Source: Clostridia bacterium
GTDB taxonomy: Bacteria; Bacillota; Clostridia; Christensenellales; UBA1242
Direction of reading: 5' to 3'
Assembly (NCBI GenBank): GCA_009929275.1
Contig: SAAW01000004.1
Span: 1 to 57,306 of the forward strand
DNA: 57,306 bases
Both the position numbers and the translations under genes were made by a program. This document shows, in pieces, positions 8,401-19,253 of this stretch. The notes under the pieces are model-generated. The model ran no database searches, had not been told where the DNA came from, and was given only the letters and a program-made list of their open reading frames with translations. Every line of letters begins with the position of its first letter. Position 1 is the first letter of the stretch.

Positions 8401-8985
8401 ATGTATAGTTATATCATTGGAAAAATAACCGAAAAAAATGAGAACTCAATCACGCTTGAAAATGGCGGGATTGGCTATGAAGTTTTGGTGTCAAGTTTTG
8501 CACAGCATAACTTTCAAGACATAGACGGCGAAGTGAAAGTTTACACCTACTATCAACAGCGGGAAGATGGTGTCAACCTTTTTGGATTTTATTGCAAAGA
8601 AGAAAAAAATATGTTCTTAAAACTCATCACAGTCAGTGGTATTGGACCAAAAATGGCAATTACCATACTTTCAAATGTTTCTGTGAATGATTTGTGCGTC
8701 ATCGTTGGCACAGAGGACGTTCGCGCGCTCTCTTCTGTTAAGGGCGTTGGCAAAAAGACGGCGGAAAGAATTTTGATTGAACTAAAAGACAAAATTCAGG
8801 TGTTTATGCAACAAGAAAACTTTGAAAAAGTGGAAATGTCAAGTGAGATTGATGATGCTTGTGGAGTGCTTGTTAGCCTTGGGCTGAGCAGATTTGAAGC
8901 GGAAAGACTTGCTAAAAATTGCTTTGAAAAGGGCGACAGTGTGGAAGCACTCGTCACAAAGACTCTTTCTCAAATGAGAGGATAA
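8401..8985 (+). CDS. ruvA: Holliday junction DNA helicase RuvA
   Basis: OB-fold N-terminus, HhH motifs ITVSGIGPKMAITILS and VKGVGKKTAERILIELKDK, domain III C-terminus. Confidence 0.93.
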   Translation: MYSYIIGKITEKNENSITLENGGIGYEVLVSSFAQHNFQDIDGEVKVYTYYQQREDGVNLFGFYCKEEKNMFLKLITVSGIGPKMAITILSNVSVNDLCVIVGTEDVRALSSVKGVGKKTAERILIELKDKIQVFMQQENFEKVEMSSEIDDACGVLVSLGLSRFEAERLAKNCFEKGDSVEALVTKTLSQMRG

Positions 8986-9021
8986 TTTTTTTAAAACAAA
9001 AACACTTTGAAAGGAAAAAAT

Positions 9022-10020
9022 ATGAACGACTTTATCAAAAGCACAAAAAATATGAGTGAAGCGGAGATTGAAAATTCGCTTAGGCCAAATTGTCTTGCCG
9101 ATTATGTGGGGCAAAACAAAGTTAAAAACGCTCTCAAAATATACATTGAAGCAGCAAAGAAAAGAAAAGAACCACTAGACCATGTTTTACTCTATGGACC
9201 TCCGGGGCTGGGAAAAACAACCCTTTCACACATTATTTCAAATGAACTTGGCTCTCAACTCAAAATCACCAGCGGACCTGCCATTGAACATGCAGCCGAC
9301 CTTGCGGCAATTCTCACCACTTTGCAGAAAAATGATGTTCTTTTCATTGACGAAATCCACAGACTTAGGCACACAGTGGAAGAAATTTTATATCCTGCAA
9401 TGGAGGATTTCTCACTTGACTTCATAGTCGGCAAAGGTCCAAGTGCCAGAAATATGAGACTTAAACTTCAACCCTTCACCCTTGTTGGTGCGACCACAAA
9501 AGCGGGGAATATTGCTTCTCCACTTCGGGATAGATTTGGGATTATTGAACGGCTTGAACTCTATGAATCACAAGAACTTGCAGACATAATCACACGGAGT
9601 GCAAAAATCCTTGACGTAAACATTATGCCAGAGGCAATAAAGGAAATTGCGATGCGTAGCCGTGGCACACCAAGGATTGCTAATAGACTTCTCAAAAGAG
9701 TGAGAGATTTCGCCGAAGTTAAGGGAAACGGAATTGTTGACCTTGACATTTGCAGGCAAGCGCTTTTGATGATGGACGTCGATGACAAGGGGCTTGACTT
9801 TGTGGACAGACGATTGCTCGAAAGACTCGTTGTCACTTTTAACGGCGGACCTGTGGGAGTGGAAACTCTTGCAACCAGCATTGGCGAAGAGATTGCTACT
9901 ATTGAAGATGTCTATGAACCATTTCTAATTCGTTTGGGTTATATTGCGAGAACTCCACGGGGAAGAGTGGCACTTGAAGGAGCATATGAACATATGCACA
10001 TTGAAAGAAAATTAAACTAA
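9022..10020 (+). CDS. ruvB: Holliday junction branch-migration ATPase RuvB
   Basis: ATG at 9022 after GAAAGGAAAAAA (TTG 9007 is an alternative). Walker [12 protein letters not shown], Walker [11 protein letters not shown]-terminal RTPRGR. Confidence 0.95.
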   Translation: MNDFIKSTKNMSEAEIENSLRPNCLADYVGQNKVKNALKIYIEAAKKRKEPLDHVLLYGPPGLGKTTLSHIISNELGSQLKITSGPAIEHAADLAAILTTLQKNDVLFIDEIHRLRHTVEEILYPAMEDFSLDFIVGKGPSARNMRLKLQPFTLVGATTKAGNIASPLRDRFGIIERLELYESQELADIITRSAKILDVNIMPEAIKEIAMRSRGTPRIANRLLKRVRDFAEVKGNGIVDLDICRQALLMMDVDDKGLDFVDRRLLERLVVTFNGGPVGVETLATSIGEEIATIEDVYEPFLIRLGYIARTPRGRVALEGAYEHMHIERKLN

Positions 10021-10069
10021 AAAATGTTCTAAAAAATTGAAAAATAAAAGAGATAATAAAAAATATATA

Positions 10070-12237
<2,168 letters not shown>

Positions 12238-12327
12238 AAATATTGTCAAAAAGTTTAATAAAAGATTTGATTTAAAAAAATTTTTATATTATACTTTAAA
12301 AACTAAAAAGAATTTAAGGAGATTATT

Positions 12328-12849
12328 ATGTTGAATATGTTATGCGCCACCAAGGGAATAGGCTGGACAATTGCACTCATCGCACTTCTTGCTTTAATGG
12401 TTGTTTATCTTGTTTTTGGCACTATCAACCGCAAAAAAAATCAAGAGCAAGTTGTTAAAATGATTAACGAACTTAAAAAAGGCGACAAAGTCGTCACTAA
12501 TGCTGGCGTCTATGGTGAGATTGCTTCAATTAGGGAAACAAATATGGGCAAAGTCGTCGTCATCAAAACAGGACACGAAGAAGACAGCAAAAATGCAAGT
12601 TTCATCACTGTCAATGCAAGCGTTATTTTGGGACTCGACAAGAAAGAAGATTTAATTTTTGACAAAGACGGCAATGTTGTGGAACCAATTGACCTCAAAA
12701 AAGAAGTTATGGCTGAGATTTCAGAAAAAACAGAAAATAAATCAAAAGAAAAATCTGCTGAAAAAACTCAAGTTAAACCTGCTAAAAAAACAACTGCTAA
12801 AAAACCTGTTGCTAAAAAACCTGCAACAGCAAAAAAAGAAACAAAATAA
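12328..12849 (+). CDS. yajC: preprotein translocase subunit YajC with a long Lys/Ala/Pro-rich C-terminal tail
   Basis: SD AAGGAG. TM segment plus YajC core LKKGDKVVTNAGVYGEIASI. The tail is KSAEKTQVKPAKKTTAKKPVAKKPATAKKETK. Confidence 0.85.
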   Translation: MLNMLCATKGIGWTIALIALLALMVVYLVFGTINRKKNQEQVVKMINELKKGDKVVTNAGVYGEIASIRETNMGKVVVIKTGHEEDSKNASFITVNASVILGLDKKEDLIFDKDGNVVEPIDLKKEVMAEISEKTENKSKEKSAEKTQVKPAKKTTAKKPVAKKPATAKKETK

Positions 12850-13077
12850 TTTTTGTTTCATTTATAAATTTTAAAAAAATAAAAAGTCGCCATATGTTTG
12901 GTGATTTTTTCTTTTTCTCATTCGTTTAATTATTTTATTTTTTTGACTTTTTCTAAAATAATTTTTAAAAATAAAAAGCAAAGAGAAAAAAAGAAAAAAA
13001 AGAAAAATTTTATTTGCATAAAGTGAAAATTTTCCTCATAAATTTTATTATTAAAGTTTTGCAAAAAAGGGGAAATT

Positions 13078-13464
13078 ATGGAAAGAACTTTGAAAAAAAG
13101 AGTGCTGTCACCAATTGTGAAAGGGGTGCTTTATTCAGTTTGTTTTTCGGTGGTTGCAGTATTAATCTTTGCAATTATATATAAATTTGTGGACTTTTCG
13201 CAGATGACAATTAAAGTTATCAATCAAATAATCAAAGTTTTGAGCATTGTCATCGGGGTGAATATTTCTCTTAAAAATAACAAAACAAAAGGAATGCTGA
13301 AAGGTGCTCTCGTGGGCATTTTGTATGTCATTTTGTCATATATAATATTTTCTGCGTTGGTGGCAAGTTTTTCTTTTAGTTTAAGCATCGTCTATGACAT
13401 CATTTTTGCCGTTTTGGTGGGTGTCATTTGCGGGGGCTTTATTGTGAGTTTGAAAAAATATTAG
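13078..13464 (+). CDS. small four-TM membrane protein (TIGR04086/YrzE-like?)
   Basis: SD AAGGGGA. 128 aa and four hydrophobic segments. The family assignment is from memory only. Confidence 0.6.
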   Translation: MERTLKKRVLSPIVKGVLYSVCFSVVAVLIFAIIYKFVDFSQMTIKVINQIIKVLSIVIGVNISLKNNKTKGMLKGALVGILYVILSYIIFSALVASFSFSLSIVYDIIFAVLVGVICGGFIVSLKKY

Positions 13465-13501
13465 ATAATAAATTAAAATAAAGTTAAAACAAAGATTTTT
13501 G

Positions 13502-13537
13502 GCAACAATTTATTAAGTAATTTTGTTGCTTTTTTTT
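13502..13537 (+). terminator. intrinsic terminator
   Basis: Stem GCAACAA (13502-13508) / TTGTTGC (13523-13529), then a T8 run. Confidence 0.75.
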
Positions 13538-13615
13538 GCTTTTAAAATAAAAAATTATGTTTGACTTAATTTCATTATTTCTATATAATTACCAAGAAAC
13601 AAAAAGGAGACTTTT

Positions 13616-14962
13616 ATGAGCAAGGCTAGAAGTAAGACCAAACTTTGCATTGTGGCTATTCTCACCATCATCGGACTACTGCTTACATTTGTAAGTTTTG
13701 TTGTTCCAACGACGAACACCACTTTTAACAGTTTTATTGGGGCAATCAATTTTGGCTATGATATTGGCGGAGGAAGACTTTCAGTGTATGAAGTGTCTGA
13801 AGAAAGCCTTAGCGACAGCAATTTCGAATTAAAACTTGATGAAACTGTGAGAAAATTCAAAGACAGTTTCAGTGGTTATGGTTTTGATGTGACAAGACAA
13901 GGCGACACTGTGCGAATCGAGGTTTCTCACTATGATGACAGTGAGATGACGGCGCTTCTTTCTTCGGGTGGGTCAAGTTATGATTTGCAGACGATAATTG
14001 CTGGTGAAAACGGGATTAGTTTTAACAGCAGTAGCAGTGAATTTGACGCAGAGGGCAGTGTCACAGAGGAATATATCAAAAGTTGCTCAGTTGGGACTTC
14101 ACTTGTGAGTGACGGCAAAGATGTTTGGCCTGTGACCATTGAATTTTCAGAAGATGGGCAAGAACTTTTCAAAGAACTAACTCAAAGCATTGTTGACAAT
14201 AGTGGAAGTTTATATATGTATATTAACGGCACAGTCTACAATTCAAGCGGATTTTCGTTAACCCAATCTCAATCTAGTTTGACTCTCTATGCCACTTCAC
14301 AAGCGTCGGCAAAAGCATTACAAATTCAAGTGAATGCCCTTGCGAAACCTTTTGAACTTTCAACAATTGTGGACGACATTGTGACAAGCGGGCTAAACAC
14401 AGGAACAGGAGTATTTTTTGGGAATGTGAAAGCAATGCTTTCCCTATCTCTCTTAACTCTTTTTGTCGCTTGCGTCATCTATCTTATTTTAAAATATAGA
14501 ATGCTTGGCGTCTTGGCAACGGTTGCAATGCTCATTTTCATTGTGATTTATGCGTTTTTGCTCCAAAGCATTCCGCTTGTTTTGATTGACATCAACGGGC
14601 TTATGGGAGTGTTGTTTACTTTCTCTATTTTATTTTTCAATATCATTGGGATTTTTGAGCGAATTAAGAAGGAATATTCGCTGGGAAAGAAAATAACAAA
14701 CAGTGTGAACACCGCTTTTCGAAAGAGCGTGCTTCCAACACTTGAAAGATATATTTTCCTTCTGCTGTTTTGTGCAGTTTTATATATAGTCGGTTCAACT
14801 GCTTTAATGGCTTTCTCCACGGCACTTTTTGTGGGATTATTTGTGAACTATTTCGTTTTGTTTGTGGCTTTGAAGGGAATGAGCAGTTCCTATCTCGTCA
14901 TTAACAGCACCAAAAAGACTTATTACAATTTGAAAAGGGAGGAAGTGAAAAATGAAATCTAA
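13616..14962 (+). CDS. secD: protein translocase subunit SecD
   Basis: SD AAGGAG. N-terminal TM, periplasmic-type domain, C-terminal six-TM block. Overlaps and precedes secF. Confidence 0.85.
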   Translation: MSKARSKTKLCIVAILTIIGLLLTFVSFVVPTTNTTFNSFIGAINFGYDIGGGRLSVYEVSEESLSDSNFELKLDETVRKFKDSFSGYGFDVTRQGDTVRIEVSHYDDSEMTALLSSGGSSYDLQTIIAGENGISFNSSSSEFDAEGSVTEEYIKSCSVGTSLVSDGKDVWPVTIEFSEDGQELFKELTQSIVDNSGSLYMYINGTVYNSSGFSLTQSQSSLTLYATSQASAKALQIQVNALAKPFELSTIVDDIVTSGLNTGTGVFFGNVKAMLSLSLLTLFVACVIYLILKYRMLGVLATVAMLIFIVIYAFLLQSIPLVLIDINGLMGVLFTFSILFFNIIGIFERIKKEYSLGKKITNSVNTAFRKSVLPTLERYIFLLLFCAVLYIVGSTALMAFSTALFVGLFVNYFVLFVALKGMSSSYLVINSTKKTYYNLKREEVKNEI

Positions 14963-16097
14963 TTCCTCTAAAAAACGCGATTTTCTGTCGTTTATCAAGC
15001 CAATTTTAACAGTTTGTTTTGCACTTGTTGTGCTTGCAGGTGTCGTTGTCGGATTTTATGGATTCAGAGCAAATGTGGACATTAATGGGGGCACTCAACT
15101 TGTCGTTGATTTTGCTGTTTCAAATGTTGACATTGAAGACGAAACTGAACTCAACGAAGCGTCTAGCATAATAAATGAAATTTTGCAAGAAAACGATGTT
15201 TCCGTCAACTCATTTCAAGTGCAGGGAGATTTTGGAACAAAGAGTTTTATCATCACTTTTGAGAAAACTTCGCAACTAACTCTTCAAAACATTCGTCTTG
15301 CAATCAACGAAGAATTTAATGCCAGCGAAACATATGCAAACTTTGTGGCGGACGAAAATGTCATCGCAATTTTGGACGACAACTATGATTTAACTCGCAG
15401 GACTTCGACAATTGATTCATTTATTTCAAGCGACGAATTTTTGGTGACTCTCTCAACTTTGCTTTTTGCTCTCACAATTTTAATGATTTATGCCCTTTTC
15501 CGTCTGAAACTTGCGGGGGCACTTTCTATGTTCTTCGCGGGACTTTTCGATGTTGTGTTGACGCTTGCATTCATTGCCATCGCAAGAGTGGAGATTAATT
15601 CATACATTTTTGTAGTGATGGGACTTGCTCTTTCTGTGAGTGTTTATCTCAGTGCAGACTTCGCTTTAAACATAAAAGAAAAAATGAAAGATAGTCAATT
15701 CGCCGACATTTCAACTCGTGAGATTGCAAATATGGTTGTGACAGAGAATTTAAAAAAGAATTTTGTTATGACGATTTGCACATTTGTTGGTCTTGTCATC
15801 ATCGGGCTGATTTCCTATGGTTCCATTATGTATGTCGCCCTGGGCAGTCTTGTTGGAATGGTCGTCGTGTTCGCTTCACACATATTTGTGATGCCTGCAT
15901 TCTTTGCCTTTTTCAATAGAAATCAAGAATTTTCAAAGTTAACAAACGCTATGAAAACTTCAAAAACAATCAAATCAAACAATAATTTAACTGAAAAAAA
16001 GTCTAATGAAATTGAAATCAAAAAAGGTGAAAATGAGATTGAGACAAACGACGAAGACAAATCCGCCAAAGTGATTGAGATTAAGGAAGATAAGTAA
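14952..16097 (+). CDS. secF: protein translocase subunit SecF (with charged C-terminal extension)
   Basis: 11-nt overlap with secD, SD GGGAGGAAG. N-terminal TM, GGTQLVVDF motif, six-TM core. The K/E/N-rich tail is about 50 aa. Confidence 0.85.
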   Translation: MKSNSSKKRDFLSFIKPILTVCFALVVLAGVVVGFYGFRANVDINGGTQLVVDFAVSNVDIEDETELNEASSIINEILQENDVSVNSFQVQGDFGTKSFIITFEKTSQLTLQNIRLAINEEFNASETYANFVADENVIAILDDNYDLTRRTSTIDSFISSDEFLVTLSTLLFALTILMIYALFRLKLAGALSMFFAGLFDVVLTLAFIAIARVEINSYIFVVMGLALSVSVYLSADFALNIKEKMKDSQFADISTREIANMVVTENLKKNFVMTICTFVGLVIIGLISYGSIMYVALGSLVGMVVVFASHIFVMPAFFAFFNRNQEFSKLTNAMKTSKTIKSNNNLTEKKSNEIEIKKGENEIETNDEDKSAKVIEIKEDK

Positions 16098-16133
16098 CTT
16101 TATTTTTATAAAAATAATTTTTAAAAGAAATTT

Positions 16134-16159
16134 AAAAGAGAGTAAAACCTCTTTTTTTT
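16134..16159 (+). terminator. weak A/T-rich terminator after secF
   Basis: Stem AAAAGAG / CTCTTTT, 9-nt loop, T8 run. Only two G-C pairs. Confidence 0.45.
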
Positions 16160-16289
16160 CGCGTTTTCTTATTTATTTTTATTTTGCACTTAAAAAACGC
16201 AATAGAAATATAAATTTTTTTTGCGTTTAATTATAAAATGATATTGACTTTATTGTGTTTTCTGATTTTTTGTGGTAAAATAAAGCTAT

Positions 16290-18632
16290 ATGAAAGAAAA
16301 TGAATATAACATTTCTCCACTTGTTATGGAACTGTTAAACAAGCGGGGATTTCGTTCGAAAAGCGAGATTGACAACTTTTTGAACCCAAAGGACAGTATT
16401 TTTTATGACCCATTTTTGCTAAACGATATGGACAGACTTGTGAAGAGAATTGAAAAATCAATGAAAAATAATGAAAAAGTGCTTATTTTTGGCGATTATG
16501 ATGTGGACGGAGTGAGTGCAAGTGCCATTTTAATCAAATATTTTTCATCACAAAATTTTTATGTGGATTATTTTTTGCCAAATAGATATATCGACGGCTA
16601 TGGGCTGACAAACGAAACTCTTTTAATAATTAAAGAGAAGTTTAACCCTGCTCTCATCATCACTGTTGACTGCGGAATTTCTTGCTATAATGAAGTGGAG
16701 TTTGCAAAAACGCTTGGCATTGAGATTGCAATCACCGATCACCACGACATTCCAGACAAAATTCCAGACACAATTGTTGTGAATGCAAAACTTGACGGAC
16801 AAAAATATCCTTTCAAATTTCTCTGTGGGACGGGGCTTGCTTTCAAGATTGTTCAGGCTCTTTGCGGACTCGATGAAGCCAAAAAATATCTTGGTATTTC
16901 TGCCATTGCAACCATTGCCGACATTGTTCCGCTTGTGGACGAAAACAGGGCAATTGTGAAACTTGGAATGAGAGATTTTGAGCATAATCTGCCAAAGGGA
17001 ATTAAGATGCTTTTTGAGGAAAACAAACTTCCTTTGTCTGCTTCGTCGACAGATATTGCCTTTAAACTATCGCCAAAAATAAATGCAGCAGGCAGAATGG
17101 GCGACGCGGGAGTTGCACTCAAACTCTACATTAAAGACGACACAATTTTGCTCAAAAACACCATTGAAAATTTGAACGAACTCAATCTTGCAAGGCAGTC
17201 ACTTTGCAACACAGTCTATGACGATGTGAAGAAAAAACTTTCTAAAATTAATATTGCAAACTACAATTCCATTGTCCTTTCGGGCAAAAAATGGGACAGC
17301 GGGATTTTGGGCATTGTGGCGGCAAAGGTGGCAAATGAATTTAACAGACCCACCATTCTTTTTCAGGACTTGGGTGAAGAACTCAAAGGCAGTGCGAGAA
17401 GTGTTAATGACATCGATATTTTCTCTGCAATTTCCAGTCTAAAAGAGGTGTTAGAGGCTTTTGGTGGGCATAAAATGGCAGCGGGTTTGACGATTAAAAA
17501 AAGTAATTTTGCTCCCTTTCTTGCCAATCTTAATAAATTTTTAAACGAGCATTATGAGCCGAAAGATTTTGTCTTAATTGAAAACTATGACCTCGACTTA
17601 AAGCCCGAGCAGGTGAACGAAAAATTTGTGGAGGACTTGGAACTTTTGGAGCCTTGCGGTTGCAATAACAAAAAGCCTTTGATTAACTTGACTTTGAGCG
17701 AAAAAGCGACTTTTGCACCGATGCCAAAGCACCTAAATCACATCACAATTAATGCTGGTGGTATAAATATTGTTGCGTTTAATTCTTATAAATATTTGCC
17801 TCTTTTGAAAAATGCAAGCACAAAACAAATCCAAGTTGAACTTCAAGAAAGTGCTTTTAGAAACAAAAAATATCTCAAAGGTGTGGCAAAAAATATAACC
17901 ACAGGAGAACTTTTGAAGCCTAAAAATAATAGTATGCTTTGCGGAGAATATCTCAAACAACTTTTCTATTCAAATGAAACTGTGAAAAGGACAAAAACAT
18001 ATGCGAAAAACGATTTGCAAAATTTCGTGAAGATGGCAAAAGAGGAATTTTTTGGCACTTTATTTGTATGTTTTAGTTATGCTTCATATAAGGAATTTTG
18101 TTCTAACTTTAAGGACATAAAATTGCAACATTATATGTATGAAGTCATTTCAAACAGTGGGATTAACAGTATTGTCATCTCGCCTTCAAACTTTAATAAT
18201 TTTTCGGCATACAAGCGAATTGTCTTTTTGGACGCCATTTTAAACAAAGGCTATCTTGGCAAAGTTGCAAAGGTGACAAACGCCATACAATTCATTCCAA
18301 AAGACAAAAAAGTGGAAAAAAGTATTTTTAATAATCTTCAAACAGACAGGGTTATTTTTGGCGAATATTTTAGGCTTCTGAGTAATTTTGCTTCAAAACA
18401 ATCGAGTTATTATGGTGATGCCGATTTATTTAGAATCTTGTGCCTTGAAAGCAAACGTTTGGAATATAAGCAGTTCATTTTTTGTTTTTATGTGTTCATT
18501 GAACTTAATATTTTTGAAGTGGAAAGCGAACTTGGGATCTACACTTTGAAGGAAAACAAAAAAGTTGTGTCGCAACTTACAAATTCAAATTTTTACAATT
18601 CCGTTTCTCTTTTTCTTAATGCAACCAAATAA
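16290..18632 (+). CDS. recJ: single-stranded-DNA-specific exonuclease RecJ
   Basis: 780 aa. DHH motifs GDYDVDGVSA, TVDCG and ITDHHD. DHHA1 motif GGHKMAAG. Confidence 0.92.
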   Translation: MKENEYNISPLVMELLNKRGFRSKSEIDNFLNPKDSIFYDPFLLNDMDRLVKRIEKSMKNNEKVLIFGDYDVDGVSASAILIKYFSSQNFYVDYFLPNRYIDGYGLTNETLLIIKEKFNPALIITVDCGISCYNEVEFAKTLGIEIAITDHHDIPDKIPDTIVVNAKLDGQKYPFKFLCGTGLAFKIVQALCGLDEAKKYLGISAIATIADIVPLVDENRAIVKLGMRDFEHNLPKGIKMLFEENKLPLSASSTDIAFKLSPKINAAGRMGDAGVALKLYIKDDTILLKNTIENLNELNLARQSLCNTVYDDVKKKLSKINIANYNSIVLSGKKWDSGILGIVAAKVANEFNRPTILFQDLGEELKGSARSVNDIDIFSAISSLKEVLEAFGGHKMAAGLTIKKSNFAPFLANLNKFLNEHYEPKDFVLIENYDLDLKPEQVNEKFVEDLELLEPCGCNNKKPLINLTLSEKATFAPMPKHLNHITINAGGINIVAFNSYKYLPLLKNASTKQIQVELQESAFRNKKYLKGVAKNITTGELLKPKNNSMLCGEYLKQLFYSNETVKRTKTYAKNDLQNFVKMAKEEFFGTLFVCFSYASYKEFCSNFKDIKLQHYMYEVISNSGINSIVISPSNFNNFSAYKRIVFLDAILNKGYLGKVAKVTNAIQFIPKDKKVEKSIFNNLQTDRVIFGEYFRLLSNFASKQSSYYGDADLFRILCLESKRLEYKQFIFCFYVFIELNIFEVESELGIYTLKENKKVVSQLTNSNFYNSVSLFLNATK

Positions 18633-18728
18633 AATAATATTTATAATAGTCATAATTAATTATTTTTAATATATTTTTAATATATTATTAATCTTTAAAA
18701 AATCTTTACAGCGAAAATTTTTTAATAG

Positions 18729-18757
18729 TTGACAAATTTATTTTTTTAGAGTAATAT
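18729..18757 (+). promoter_or_regulatory. sigma-A-type promoter of rpsO
   Basis: TTGACA (18729-18734), 17-nt spacer, TAATAT (18752-18757). Confidence 0.7.
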
Positions 18758-18763
18758 TTTCAC

Positions 18764-18844
18764 ATACCTAAACAAAGGGGTTCGCGTTTTACTCTCTATA
18801 ACGACTTTCTTTGTTTATGGCAAATTTTAATAAGGGAGAGAAAA
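18764..18844 (+). promoter_or_regulatory. structured rpsO 5' leader (candidate S15 autoregulatory element)
   Basis: Perfect 8-bp long-range helix AAACAAAG (18770-18777) / CTTTGTTT (18809-18816) enclosing a GC-containing insert, just upstream of SD GGGAGAG. Confidence 0.4.
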
Positions 18845-19105
18845 ATGGATAAGACTAAAAAACAAGAAATTATCAACACTTTTGCAAGAAGCGAGAAAGA
18901 CACCGGTTCGACAGAAGTTCAAATTGCAATCCTCACAGAGAGAATCAGGCATTTGACAGAACATCTCAAAGTCAACAAGAATGACAAACATTCCAGCCGT
19001 GGACTTTTGCAAATGGTTGGACACAGAAAGGCTCTTTTGAAATATCTTGAAAAGCAAGATATAAACAAGTTTAGAGAAATCAAAAAACAACTTGAAATAA
19101 GATAA
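18845..19105 (+). CDS. rpsO: 30S ribosomal protein S15
   Basis: 86 aa. [49 protein letters not shown]. Confidence 0.97.
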   Translation: MDKTKKQEIINTFARSEKDTGSTEVQIAILTERIRHLTEHLKVNKNDKHSSRGLLQMVGHRKALLKYLEKQDINKFREIKKQLEIR

Positions 19106-19115
19106 AAAACTAAAT

Positions 19116-19158
19116 AGCGGGTTTAAAGATAAAAATTTGTCTTTTTGCCCGTTTTTTT
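19116..19158 (+). terminator. intrinsic terminator after rpsO
   Basis: Extended hairpin AGCGGGTTTAAAGA...TCTTTTTGCCCGT followed by T7. Confidence 0.7.
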
Positions 19159-19253
19159 ATTTTGTTTCAAATAACAATTTGCCCAAGTTTAAAAATATTA
19201 GTTTGAATTGAGGGCTTGTTGGGTTATAATTAAACAATTATTAGGAGAAAAAA

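Noticed and set aside
12888-12902. LexA-like half site (GCCATATGTTTGG) downstream of yajC, and ATATGTTTGA at about 43958-43968
   Set aside because: Both contain only the ATATGTTTG half and lack the GAAC arm at the correct spacing. The first also forms part of a terminator-like hairpin.
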